DNA of 64,000 nucleotides from Eledone cirrhosa (GCA_964016885.1 OZ024764.1:24056001-24120000); one strand, 5' to 3'. Shown: positions 51,453-64,000, counted from the stretch's first letter. A program made the numbers and translations. The notes: generated from the letters alone by a model not told the origin.

Positions 51453-51530
51453 TCACCCACTGATGAGCTAGAATTGGTATTTCTATTCACAATTAATATT
51501 GCGAAACAGCACGAAGAGCTGTCTGGGTGA
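51453..51530 (+). ncRNA. Canonical type I hammerhead ribozyme (self-contained stem III, GUC site)
   Basis: tcaccca-CTGATGA-gc...gc-GAA-ACAGC acgaaga GCTGT-C-tgggtga; 7-bp stem I, 5-bp stem III. Confidence 0.8.
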
Positions 51531-51817
51531 TTGGTAGTTACCACAATTCCAGTTTGTATTTATTTTCTTGATTTATTCTTAAATTGAGACAGGCAAACCC
51601 TATTGTCTATAGTTAGTATTCTTTTCACCTTAGCAAATCTGGTCCCTTACGATTTGAACACATATATGTATATATCTATGTTCGTTTTTCTTATATACGG
51701 CTCGGAAAAATCTCTCTCTTAGAGCTATTTTATTGCAAGAGACTATTTTGAGTTTCTAACTCAATATATATCTTTGATGTATATATATATAAATATATCA
51801 TCATCATATATATATAT

Positions 51818-51952
51818 ATATTTATAAAATAACAGATTAAAGTTTAAGCAAAGAATCGCTGCTTTCACTCTTAACGGGATCTTCTGAAGATCCTGTTAAG
51901 GGTGAAAGCAGCGATTCTTTGCTTAAACTTTAATCTGTTATTTTATAAATAT
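51818..51952. repeat. 135-nt hairpin palindrome centred at 51885 in a CTGAAGA hammerhead-like core
   Basis: ...ttaacgggatcttc-t-gaagatcctgttaa...; one-armed family copy at ~55100-55245 (-). Confidence 0.85.
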
Positions 51953-52034
51953 TTGCTCTACGGTTCTTATATATTTGATATATATTTATCTTTATCGAGC
52001 CCTCTTTGGATTTTGGTCTTCAAATTTATTATTA

Positions 52035-52077
<43 letters not shown>

Positions 52078-52119
52078 AAAAACATGAGAAGAAGAATACT
52101 GCGTGGTTGCACATGGGTT

Positions 52120-52510
52120 ACATATGATAAAATTAGTCCTTCGTCAGTGATTTGCCAACCATCATTGATATTTCGTCGCATTAAAAATCATATACCTCAG
52201 GTTGGTGCGAGCAATAACTAAATAAAGCTCTTGGGACCAGTAAATCGCGTAAAGCGAGTGAGACAAGTAAACAACATAGAAGGATGAAAGCAACGCAAAG
52301 ATGGGAATGAACAAGCAACATGGTTGTCCGGTCAGCATAAGCTGGATGGATTTCATGAGCGATCGAGATACAGACCGTCGGACGTGAGTGAGATGTGAGC
52401 AAGAAGAGAACCCACTACAAGCCAAACGGGAGGAAGTGAGAAGGGGAGAAACAGAGAGTGAGTGAGTGGAAGTGCGAGGAAGAGGTCAGTCGAGAGAAAG
52501 TGTAAATATA
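52120..52510. repeat. Unclassified interspersed repeat, second copy at ~55707-56320
   Basis: Shared agtccttc.tcagtga...catat.cctcaggttggtgcga and gagtgagtg.aagt...agtg.taaa blocks. Confidence 0.6.
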
Positions 52511-52519
52511 TATATATAT

Positions 52520-52560
<41 letters not shown>

Positions 52561-53412
52561 AAATACTAATACCCCAGGTTGCATTTGAAAAATATTCGAG
52601 TGTATGCCTAAGAGTATATTTGTGTATACTCTCTTGTATGAATGCACATGCGTATATAGACATACACACGCATCGAGAGGTATACAAGTGTGGGTGGGTG
52701 CTTGTACCTATATATGTCTGTACTAAGGGATTCGCCTAAGCTCCAAAGCCCCTAAGGTATTGCTGTGAAGATATATATCACACTCTACCTTTGTCTAGTC
52801 TAAACAATAACTTTTCCAAACACCCACTTTACTTTTCTTTAAAAATAACACCCACCTCGTTTTATGTCTGCCTTATACTTGGATTTGGGGGCCTCTGTTG
52901 TATTTATATATGCACTTGTGTGTACATACATATATATATACACATCAGTTTGGATTTGTGTGTGTAAATGTGTGTGTGTGTCTGTGGGGGTGGGTGTGAG
53001 TATATGTGCAAGTCAACCAACATAAGTCTTTTTATATGTAAACTTTCTAGTATGTGACTCTAACCATAATTTTCAGTAGCACCACTCCACATAAATTCCT
53101 CTATTTAAGAATGACCTGTAGTATCTATTTCATACTATAAACCTCAATTGAATATATATCTGACCAGGAATGCTTTTTGTGAAAATCAGTCATATGGAAC
53201 TATTGTCATCTTGCCTGACGGTTTGAACTTTACAACACCACCTGCCTCTTTGAGGTCAAATACCAACCCTACTAGCATCTACAAACTGACCAATTAGAGT
53301 TAAGATTATTCCTGCTGACAACATTAAATTATTCCTAACAAGCTCATATGTCCCAAGGCTCTGATACCATCAACACTATAAACACAGAGCTGGCATATCT
53401 AAGAACTGACTA

Positions 53413-53468
53413 ACTGCCTGATGAGGTCATAGCCATTCAATGGCTATCATCGAAATATATATAGCAGT
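53413..53468 (+). ncRNA. Minimal hammerhead ribozyme motif
   Basis: actgc-CTGATGA-ggtcatagccat tca atggctatcatc-GAAA-tatata-TA-gcagt. Confidence 0.8.
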
Positions 53469-53514
53469 AAATAAAGGATTATGAGTTCATGCAATTGACT
53501 TATGTTTCGGCACT

Positions 53515-53559
<45 letters not shown>

Positions 53560-53919
53560 AAAGAAAATTTTCGCTCTACATGACTGAATACAATAAATGT
53601 AATCTGAGTTTTTCGAATACTAATAATTGTTTCTACGTTAGGCACAAGGCCAGCAATTACCCAGTTCATTACTGGTACTTTATTTTATCGACCCCGTAAG
53701 GATGAAAGGCAAAGTCAACCTCGGAGGGATTTGAACTCAGATCGTAAAGGGACGTAACTATGCTGCAAAGCATGGCGTCCGACCCTCTACAGATACTGCC
53801 AATAACATTCAATTCGTTTGCAATTATGCAAACAAGCCTCATTTTATAGCCATGTCAGTAGAATGAACCCTTCATATATGAGAGAAATGGTAATAGTAGT
53901 TTTATTCAGTAAGACAAAC

Positions 53920-53989
53920 CTCTCTCTGAAAGTCTTTAAATTGTTGTTGCTGCATTTCAATTGTTCTTTGTAAACAGTCATTTTCTTCT
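53920..53989 (-). CDS. RPGRIP1L: RPGRIP1L/fantom coding exon (70 nt; xEENDCLQRTIEMQQQQFKDFQRE)
   Basis: tttctag acceptor and GAG|gtttgt donor; 1 nt + 23 codons, ends in phase 0, matching the next exon; coiled-coil composition comparable to vertebrate RPGRIP1L 'RNLENVIQSQRGQIEELE' (recalled). Confidence 0.7.
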
Positions 53990-54104
53990 CTAGAAATATA
54001 TGTAAATATATGTAAATATATGTAAATATATGTGATTGTATACAAACTCAAGAAATTGTATACAAATGCAACAATATCAGTTAAAAAATTCACTTTCCAT
54101 ACTT

Positions 54105-55090
54105 GCATATATAATAATAATAATAATAACAATAATGCTTTCTTTATTAACCACAAGGGTTAACACAAAGTTGACATTAAGGACAGTACAGGACAATACA
54201 GGACAGTGCAGATGGGCATTTCTGCGTGTAAAAAAACAAAAAAACAGAGGATGTAACAAAAAAAAAAAAATGAAAAATTCCCCAATAGGGGGGAGACTTC
54301 CGAGGGCCATCGTGGAGAAAGCCCATTAAAAAAAAAGCCACGGTGACCCTGACCACCAGGGCAAGTGCCCTCTCCCAGTTTTCCACCTTTAATTTACAGG
54401 CACATACTCAGAGTAGGTCCATTCACTCGGGCCATTCTTGTCTCTCTCACCCATCTTTCAACAAAATGCTGGGAAGAGAGCACTTCCCTTTCTACCCTGA
54501 TTTTTCCTTTTCAAATGAAATTTGAAAAAGTTAATCAGGGCATCACCGAAGAGATAAGTGCTCGGCTTCAGCCCTTTCAGACACGTCCACCATACTATCT
54601 CTTTCGCCAAGGCCACCAGACATATAAAAACTGCCTGCCCTTCCCGGCTAAAGGAAGAGGGCGGGGCAATCCTCGCGATGGACTCAGCTGATAGCCGGAT
54701 CCGTCCTACACGCGACAGCAGGTGTTCGACATAAACCCACAAGTCAGCAATGCTCGGACACTGGACGAGTGCATGCAGGATGGTTTCGTCGCCCTGCGCG
54801 CATCTCGGACATGCCCGGCTGATGGCACTTCCATGCCTGTAGAGTTTATCCCGAACTGGCAAAGCTCCTCGGTAGCACTGCCGGGCCAGGGATTTCTGGA
54901 AATTGTCCATAGGCCCCGGCCCGAAAGATCTTCCGAACAGATTGGCTAGTTGATTTTCGTTGACACCAAGTTTCCCCAAGTACGTCGTCGCTCTTCCCCT
55001 CCACTAATCCTCTATAGAACGCCAAGGTGGAGTTTCCACCAATCACATTGCCCGACTGGTCGAGGGCCGTGAGCGCCTGAAGACATTCCA
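54105..55090 (-). mobile_element. 3' fragment of a Tx1/L1-clade LINE (zf-RVT CCHC knuckle, 3' UTR, (TTA)n tail)
   Basis: RGALPVRDKL...CPRCAQGDETILHALVQC...LW; aataaa followed by (tta)n on the minus strand; frameshifted. Confidence 0.8.
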
Positions 55091-55608
55091 GTCTCCAAGT
55101 AATAAATGTGAAGACTAAAATCCAAAGAGGGCTCAATAAGGATAAATATATATCAAATATATACCCTAGAGCAAATATTTATTAAAATAGCAGATTAAAG
55201 TTTAAGCAAAGAATCGCTGCTTTCACCCTTAACGGGATCTTCTGGAACTAAAAAAAATCAATCTGTGAACACAGAAGTAAATATATATAGGAAAAGAGTC
55301 AGGACCTAACAGGATCTAACTGTCGAAACAGCTGGAGCTCAGCTGTCGGGGTCCTGACTCTTTTCCTATTACCCACTCTATTACCCTAAGTATTGAGTAC
55401 TCTGGTGTGTTATGGTCCACCTGGTTTCTTACCACATTTCCTTTGTTATATATATATATATGTCCAATATAGAAATGGCTTCTACAGGACTAGAACTGTT
55501 TCATTCGGGAGAAAACATCAGGGCTTTCCTACTTCTGCTATGTATTGAGTACCTTTACTTACTGTGGTTAGCCCCGATTGAACCCGGGATATACATATAC
55601 ATATATAT

Positions 55609-55710
<102 letters not shown>

Positions 55711-56335
55711 AAGTGAGTCCTTCATCAGTGACCCTCCAACCGTCCTCGGCATTTCATCGCTTTAAGGGCCATATGCCTCAGGTTGGTGCGAACAACGGCT
55801 AAAAAAAGTCGTTGGGACACGTAAATAAAGGGGGACGCTAGAGTAACAACAATAGAGTTTAAGCAACGGAAAGTGAGTAGAAATAGACAAGTCCCAGATC
55901 TCTATGAATATAAACTCTGTGAAATCGTGAACAAGAGACGAAAGACCATCGAACCTGGTAGAAATGTGAGCAAGGAAAGAATTTCGCCCAAGTTTGACGG
56001 GGGGGGGAAAAAAGAGAGAGAGAGAGAAAGAAAAAGGAGAGAAGAGGAAGAAGAAGAAGAAGAAGAAGAAGAAGAAGAAGATAAGGTGGTCTGGTCTACG
56101 AATTCGGTAAACGCAAGTTTTGTGAAGTCGCAGACGAAAGAGAGAGAGAAAAAAATTCCATACCAGCTCGGTCAAGACTGCGCGAGAAAAGAATTACACA
56201 CAGGTCAAACTTGAAGGAGGAGGAGGAAAGAGGAGGAGGAGAGGTAGTGACAGAGAATGAGTGAGTGAAAGTTGAGGAGAGAGTAACAGAGAGGGAGACT
56301 GCTAGAAGTGGTAAAGATATATATATACATACATA

Positions 56336-57495
56336 TATAAGATCAAAAGATGGTTAAAAGAGTTCCATGTATTTTATTATGCGCATTTCAAAAACAAATA
56401 TCATCATGCAATAACATTTGTGTTTTCATCAGATAAAATAGGAAGACATGATCTGAAGGTTAAAAAACACTTGTGGATAGTGCAGTTTTAAATCAACTTA
56501 TGAGAAGTAGTTTTAGATTGATGTGTGATATTGGGGACATTTTTTTGGGGGGGGGGGGGGGTGAAAAAGAGGAGGAGATGAGAGTAAAAAGTGGAGGGGG
56601 AGGAGTATAATGAGGAAGGATGAGATAGGAGGAGAGATGGGTGATAGAGAGAGAGAAATAGCTTTTATAACTGAGAAAAATATATTGTTTTACATAGAGA
56701 GGTTGAAAAACCGTTGGAAGATAATGTATAAATTAAAAGAATTTGAAAATTAACGAAGAGAAAAATAATTTTAAGTTAAGGTTTGTATATTGAGGGGTTT
56801 AATAATATGTGCGATGAAAAGAAATTGTTAATATGTATTAAGAATAATATTTAAGGGTTTAATAATATGTGCGATGGAAAGAAAATGTTAATATGTATTA
56901 AGAATAATATTTAAGGGTTTAATAATATGTACGATGGAAAGAAAATGTTAATATGTATTAAGAATAATATTTAAGGGTTTAATAATATGTACGATGGAAA
57001 GAAAATGTTGATATGTATTATTAAAAAAACAATAGTAATGTAAGTAAGGATATATTAGATGAGCATGAAAGGGAGAATAAAATAATGAATTGAGGATGAA
57101 TAATCTAACGTCAAAAAAATGTTTATGTTTACGAAGGATTTTTTCAAGGTGATATAAAGTAAGAATATATTGTACTGTGTAATAATTGTTTCTATGTTAG
57201 GCACAATGAGAAAAGGTACAGATTAGGGGTTAGAAATTAAAAGAAAAAAGAAAAGAAAAGGAAGAAAGGGAAGTGATAAATAGGAGTGATATAGAATGAG
57301 TAACTAGTATTATAGAATGTATAATAAATAACTTTGAAATAAGGTAGAAGGATGGGTATATTTTTAAAGAAGTATATATAAATATATATATATGTGCCTT
57401 TGAGAAAAGGATTTTAAATTGATAAAGTATTAGATATTAGCTGTATACTTTATGGAATGTTCTGTGGAATTTATGCAAGCAGAGAGAAAACAAGT
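56336..57495 (-). mobile_element. Diverged third copy of the palindrome's Penelope family (ORF end + 3' UTR + hammerhead)
   Basis: Encodes DLFSLCLHKFHRTFHKVYS*; 3' UTR colinear with 42672-44085; internal 60-bp tandem at ~56795-57020. Confidence 0.88.
56370..56440 (-). ncRNA. Hammerhead ribozyme of the third Penelope copy
   Basis: tattttat-CTGATGA-aaacacaaatgttatt gcat gatgatatttgttttt-GAAA-tgcgca-TA-ataaaata. Confidence 0.85.
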
Positions 57496-60400
57496 CAGTT
57501 GGTGTGTTGATAGTCAAAGTTGGTACTAGTTCCACAGTTCATGTGTTGATAGTCAAAGTTGGTACTAGTTCCACAGTTCATGTGTTGATAGTCAAAGTAG
57601 GTACTAGTTCCACAGTTTGTGTGTTGATAGTCAAAGTTGGTACTAGTTCCACAGTTGGTGTGTTGATAGTCAAAGTTGGTACTAGTTCCACAATTGGTGT
57701 GTTGATAGTCAAAGGTGGTACTAGTTCCACAGTTGGTGTGTTGATAGTCAAAGTTGGTACTAGTTCCACAGTTGGTGTGTTGATAGTCAAAGTTGGTACT
57801 AGTTCCACAGTTGGTGTGTTGATAGTCAAAGTTGGTACTAGTTCCACAGTTGGTGTGTTGATAGTCAAAGTTGGTACTAGTTCCACATTTACTGTGTTGA
57901 TAGTCAAAGTTGGTACTAGTTCCACAGTTGGTGTGTTGATTGTCAAAGTTGGTACTAGTTCCACAGTTGGTGTGTTGATAGTCAAAGTTGGTACTAGTTC
58001 CACAGTTCATGTGTTGATAGTCAAAGTAGGTACTAGTTCCACAGTTCATGTGTTGATAGTCAAAGTTGGTACTAGTTCCACAGTTTGTGTGTTGATAGTC
58101 AAAGTTGGTACTAGTTCCACAGTTGGTGTGTTGATAGTCAAAGTTGGTACTAGTTCCACAATTGGTGTGTTGATAGTCAAAGGTGGTACTAGTTCCACAG
58201 TTGGTGTGTTGATAGTCAAAGTTGGTACTAGTTCCACAGTTACTGTGTTGATAGTCAAAGTTGGTACTAGTTCCACAGTTGGTGTGTTGATAGTCAAAGT
58301 TGGTACTAGTTCCACAGTTGGTGTGTTGATAGTCAAAGTTGGTACTAGTTCCACAGTTACTGTGTTGATAGTCAAAGTTGGTACTAGTTCCACAGTTTGT
58401 GTGTTGATAGGTCAAAGTTGGTACTAGTTCCACAGTTGGTGTGTTGATAGTCAAAATTGGTACTAGTTCCACAGTTGGTGTGTTGATAGTCAAAGTTGGT
58501 ACTAGTTCCACAGTTGGTGTGTTGATAGTCAAAGTTAGTACTAGTTCCACAGTTTGTGTGTTGATAGGTCAAAGTTGGTACTAGTTCCACAGTTGGTGTG
58601 TTGATAGTCAAAATTGGTACTAGTTCCACAGTTGGTGTGTTGATAGTCAAAGTTGGTACTAGTTCCACAGTTCATGTATTGATAGTCAAAATTGGTACTA
58701 GTTCCACAGTTCATGTGTTGATAGTCAAAGTTGGTACTAGTTCCACAGTTGGTGTGTTGATAGTCAAACTTGGTACTAGTTCCACAGTTACTGTGTTGAT
58801 AGTCAAAGTTGGTACTACTTCCACAGTTGGTGTGTTGATAGTCAAAGTTGGTACTAGTTCCACAGTTGGTGTGTTGATAGTCAAAGTTGGTACTACTTCC
58901 ACAGTTGGTGTGTTGATAGTCAAAGTTGGTACTAGTTCCATAGTTGGTGTGTTGATAGTCAAAGTTGGTACTACTTCCACAGTAGGTGTGTTGATAGTCA
59001 AAGTTGGTACTAGTTCCACAGTTGGTGTGTTGATAGTCAAAGTTGGTACTAGTTCCACAGTTGGTGTGTTGATAGTCAAAGTTGGTACTACTTCCACAGT
59101 TGGTGTGTTGATAGTCAAAGTTGGTACTACTTCCACAGTTGGTGTGTTGATAGTCAAAGTTGGTACTAGTTCCACAGTTGGTGTGTTGATAGTCAAAGTT
59201 GGTACTAGTTCCACAGTTGGTGTGTTGATAGTCAAAGTTGGTACTAGTTCCACAGTTACTGTGTTGATAGTCAAAGTTGGTACTACGTCCACAGTTGGTG
59301 TGTTGATAGTCAAAGTTGGTACTAGTTCCACAGTTGGTGTGTTGATAGTCAAAGTTGGTACTAGTTCCACAGTTACTGTGTTGATAGTCAAAGTTGGTAC
59401 TACTTCCATAGTTTGTGTGTTGATAGGTCAAAGTTGGTACTAGTTCCACAGTTGGTGTGTTGATAGTCAAAATTGGTACTAGTTCCACAGTTGGTGTGTT
59501 GATAGTCAAAGTTGGTACTAGTTCCACAGTTGGTGTGTTGATAGTCAAAGTTAGTACTAGTTCCACAGTTTGTGTGTTGATAGGTCAAAGTTGGTACTAG
59601 TTCCACAGTTGGTGTGTTGATAGTCAAAATTGGTACTAGTTCCACAGTTGGTGTGTTGATAGTCAAAGTTGGTACTAGTTCCACAGTTCATGTATTGATA
59701 GTCAAAATTGGTACTAGTTCCACAGTTCATGTGTTCATAGTCAAAGTTGGTACTAGTTCCACAGTTGGTGTGTTGATAGTCAAAGTTGGTACTAGTTCCA
59801 CAGTTACTGTGTTGATAGTCAAAGTTGGTACTACTTCCACAGTTGGTGTGTTGATAGTCAAAGTTGGTACTAGTTCCACAGTTGGTGTGTTGATAGTCAA
59901 AGTTGGTACTACTTCCACAGTTGGTGTGTTGATAGTCAAAGTTGGTACTAGTTCCATAGTTGGTGTGTTGATAGTCAAAGTTGGTACTACTTCCACAGTT
60001 GGTGTGTTGATAGTCAAAGTTGGTACTAGTTCCACAGTTGGTGTGTTGATAGTCAAAGTTGGTACTACTTCCACAGTTGGTGTGTTGATAGTCAAAGTTG
60101 GTACTACTTCCACAGTTGGTGTGTTGATAGTCAAAGTTGGTACTACTTCCACAGTTGGTGTGTTGATAGTCAAAGTTGGTACTAGTTCCATAGTTGGTGT
60201 GTTGATAGTCAAAGTTGGTACTACTTCCACAGTTGGTGTGTTGATAGTCAAAGTTGGTACTAGTTCCACAGTTGGTGTGTTGATAGTCAAAGTTGGTACT
60301 AGTTCCACAGTTGGTGTGTTGATAGTCAAAGTTGGTACTAGTTCCACAGTTACTGTGTTGATAGTCAAAGTTGGTACTAGTTCCACAGTTGGTGTGTTGA

Positions 60401-63400
60401 TAGTCAAAGTTGGTACTAGTTCCACAGTTGGTGTGTTGATAGTCAAAGTTGGTACTACTTCCACAGTTGGTGTGTTGATAGTCAAAGTTGGTACTAGTTC
60501 CACAGTTGGTGTGTTGATAGTCAAAGTTGGTACTAGTTCCACAGTTGGTGTGTTGATAGTCAAAGTTGGTACTAGTTCCACAGTTACTGGGTTGATAGTC
60601 AAAGTTGGTACTACTTCCACAGTTGGTGTGTTGATAGTCAAAGTTGGTACTACTTCCACAGTAGGTGTGTTGATAGTCAAAGTTGGTACTAGTCCCACAG
60701 TTGGTGTGTTGATAGTCAAAGTTGGTACTAGTTCCACAGTTGGTGTGTTGATAGTCAAAGTTGGTACTACTTCCACAGTTGGTGTGTTGATAGTCAAAGT
60801 TGGTACTACTTCCACAGTTGGTGTGTTGATAGTCAAAGTTGGTACTACTTCCACAGTTACTGTGTTGATAGTCAAAGTTGGTACTAGTTCCACAGTAGGT
60901 GTGTTGATAGTCAAAGTTAGTACAACTTCCACAGTTACTGTGTTGATAGTCAAAGTTGGTACTACTTCCACAGTTGGTGTGTTGATAGTCAAAGTTGGTA
61001 CTACTTCCACAGTTACTGTGTTGATAGTCAAAGTTGGTACTAGTTCCACAGTTGGTGTGTTGATAGTCAAAGTTGGTACTACTTCCACAGTTACTGTGTT
61101 GATAGTCAAAGTTGGTACTACTTCCACAGTTGGTGTGTTGATAGTCAAAGTTGGTACTACTTCCACAGTTGGTGTGTTGATAGTCAAAGTTGGTACTACT
61201 TCCACAGTTGGTGTGTTGATAGTCAAAGTTGGTACTAGTTCCACAGTTGGTGTGTTGATAGTCAAAGTTGGTACTACTTCCACAGTAGGTGTGTTGATAG
61301 TCAAAGTTGGTACTAGTTCTACAGTTGGTGTGTTGATAGTCAAAGTTGGTACTAGTTCCACAGTTGGTGTGTTGATAGTCAAAGTTGGTACTACTTCCAC
61401 AGTTACTGTGTTGATAGTCAAAGTTGGTACTAGTTCCACAGTAGGTGTGTTGATAGTCAAAGTTGGTACTACTTCCACAGTTGCTGTGTTGATAGTCAAA
61501 GTTGGTACTACTTCCACAGTTGGTGTGTTGATAGTCAAAGTTGGTACTAGTTCCACAGTTGGTGTGTTGATAGTCAAAGTTGGTACTACTTCCACAGTTG
61601 GTGTGTTGATAGTCAAAGTTGGTACTAGTTCCATAGTTGGTGTGTTGATAGTCAAAGTTGGTACTACTTCCACAGTTGGTGTGTTGATAGTCAAAGTTGG
61701 TACTAGTTCCACAGTTGGTGTGTTGATAGTCAAAGTTGGTACTAGTTCCATAGTTGGTGTGTTGATAGTCAAAGTTGGTACTACTTCCACAGTTGGTGTG
61801 TTGATAGTCAAAGTTGGTACTACTTCCACAGTTGGTGTGTTGATAGTCAAAGTTGGTACTACTTCCACAGTTGGTGTGTTGATAGTCAAAGTTGGTACTA
61901 CTTCCACAGTTGGTGTGTTGATAGTCAAAGTTGGTACTAGTTCCACAGTTGGTGTGTTGATAGTCAAAGTTGGTACTAGTTCCACAGTTGGTGTGTTGAT
62001 AGTCAAAGTTGGTACTAGTTCCACAGTTACTGTGTTGATAGTCAAAGTTGGTACTACTTCCACAGTTGGTGTGTTGATAGTCAAAGTTGGTACTAGTTCC
62101 ACAGTTGGTGTGTTGATAGTCAAAGTTGGTACTAGTTCCACAGTTACTGTGTTGATAGTCAAAGTTGGTACTACTTCCACAGTTTGTGTATTGATAGGTC
62201 AAAGTTGGTACTAGTTCCACAGTTGGTGTGTTGATAGTCAAAATTGGTACTAGTTCCACAGTTGGTGTGTTGATAGTCAAAGTTGGTACTAGTTCCACAG
62301 TTGGTGTGTTGATAGTCAAAGTTAGTACTAGTTCCACAGTTTGTGTGTTGATAGGTCAAAGTTGGTACTAGTTCCACAGTTGGTGTGTTGATAGTCAAAA
62401 TTGGTACTAGTTCCACAGTTGGTGTGTTGATAGTCAAAGTTGGTACTAGTTCCACAGTTACTGTGTTGATAGTCAAAGTTGGTACTACTTCCACAGTTGG
62501 TGTGTTGATAGTCAAAGTTGGTACTACTTCCACAGTTGGTGTGTTGATAGTCAAAGTTGGTACTACTTCCACAGTTGGTGTGTTGATAGTCAAAGTTGGT
62601 ACTACTTCCACAGTTGGTGTGTTGATAGTCAAAGTTGGTACTAGTTCCACAGTTACTGTGTTGATAGTCAAAGTTGGTACTACTTCCACAGTTACTGTGT
62701 TGATAGTCAAAGTTGGTACTAGTTCCACAGTTGGTGTGTTGATAGTCAAAGTTGGTACTACTTCCACAGTTGGTGTGTTGATAGTCAAAGTTGGTACTAC
62801 TTCCACAGTTCGTGTGTTGATAGTCAAAGTTGGTACTAGTTCCACAGTTGGTGTGTTGATAGTCAAAGTTGGTACTACTTCCACAGTTACTGTGTTGATA
62901 GTCAAAGTTGGTACTAGTTCCACAGTCGGTGTGTTGATAGTCAAAGTTGGTACTAGTTCCACAGTTGGTGTGTTGATAGTCAAAGTTGGTACTAGTTCCA
63001 CAGTTACTGTGTTCATAGTCAAAGTTGGTACTAGTTCCACAGTTGGTGTGTTGATAGTCAAAGTTGGTACTAGTTCCACAGTTGGTGTGTTGATAGTCAA
63101 AGTTGGTAGTAGTTCCACAGTTACTGTGTTCATAGTCAAAGTTGGTACTAGTTCCACAGTTGGTGTGTTGATAGTCAAAGTTGGTACTAGTTCCACAGTT
63201 GGTGTGTTGATAGTCAAAGTTGGTAGTAGTTCCACAGTTACTGTGTTCATAGTCAAAGTTGGTACTAGTTCCACAGTTGGTGTGTTGATAGTCAAAGTTG
63301 ATACTAGTTCCACAGTTGGTGTGTTGATAGTCAAAGTTGGTAGTAGTTCCACAGTTACTGTGTTCATAGTCAAAGTTGGTACTAGTTCCACAGTTACTGT

Positions 63401-64000
63401 GTTGATAGTCAAAGTTGGTACTACTTCCACAGTTGGTGTGTTGATAGTCAAAGTTGGTACTACTTCCACAGTTGGTGTGTTGATAGTCAAAGTTGGTACT
63501 AGTTCCACAGTTGGTGTGTTGATAGTCAAAGTTGGTACTAGTTCCACAGTTACTGTGTTGATAGTCAAAGTTGGTACTAGTTCCACAGTTGGTGTGTTGA
63601 TAGTCAAAGTTGGTACTAGTTCCACAGTTGGTGTGTTGATAGTCAAAGTTGGTACTAGTTCCACAGTTACTGTGTTGATAGTCAAAGTTGGTACTAGTTC
63701 CACAGTTCGTGTGTTGATAGTCAAAGGTGGTACTAGTTCCACAGTTCATGTGTTGATAGTCAAAGTTGGTACTACTTCCACAGTTGGTGTGTTGATAGTC
63801 AAAGTTGGTACTAGTTCCACAGTTGGTGTGTTGATAGTCAAAGGTGGTACTAGTTCCACAGTTGGTGTGTTGATAGTCAAAGTTGGTACTAGTTCCACAG
63901 TTGGTGTGTTGATAGTCAAAGGTGGTACTAGTTCCACAGTTGGTGTGTTGATAGTCAAAGTTGGTACTAGTTCCACAGTTACTGTGTTGATAGTCAAAGT
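57496..64000. repeat. 39-bp minisatellite (>165 copies, runs off the window)
   Basis: Unit gttggtgtgttgatagtcaaagttggtactagttccaca; 40-bp variants recur with 157-bp and 1016-bp spacing. Confidence 0.98.

Noticed and set aside
53100-53235. Possible GIY-YIG C-terminal remnant (..LPDGLN) upstream of the 53413 hammerhead
   Set aside because: Too short and degenerate to support without a profile search
57495-64000. Long repeat-protein-like ORFs (YQHTNCGTSTNFD / VGVLIVKVGTSST)
   Set aside because: 39-bp satellite open in several frames on both strands, with frameshifting 40-bp units

Overview
Repeat-saturated eukaryotic DNA; the SINE/RTE/microsatellite repertoire looks like an octopod cephalopod (inference). 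The only host gene visible is on the minus strand: seven small, phase-compatible GT-AG exons (53920-53989, 37744-37814, 31883-31988, 24908-25054, 19458-19531, 17314-17453, 3404-3510) that splice into the coiled-coil region of RPGRIP1L/fantom, so essentially the whole window is intron. The introns hold an intact-ORF RTE LINE (PHD-type finger after the RT, tandem-monomer 5' end), truncated CR1-group and Tx1/L1 LINEs, DD37D (maT) Tc1/mariner derivatives, SINEs, Helitron-like elements and large private minisatellites abutting the exons. The most striking feature is a ~6.45-kb near-perfect palindrome made of two 5'-truncated Penelope-like (RT + GIY-YIG) copies, each ending in a hammerhead ribozyme. 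About ten hammerhead motifs of several families occur in the window, many caught in small fold-back palindromes that turn at or near the ribozyme's own stems. Most long ORFs in the ORF track are repeat translations, not genes.
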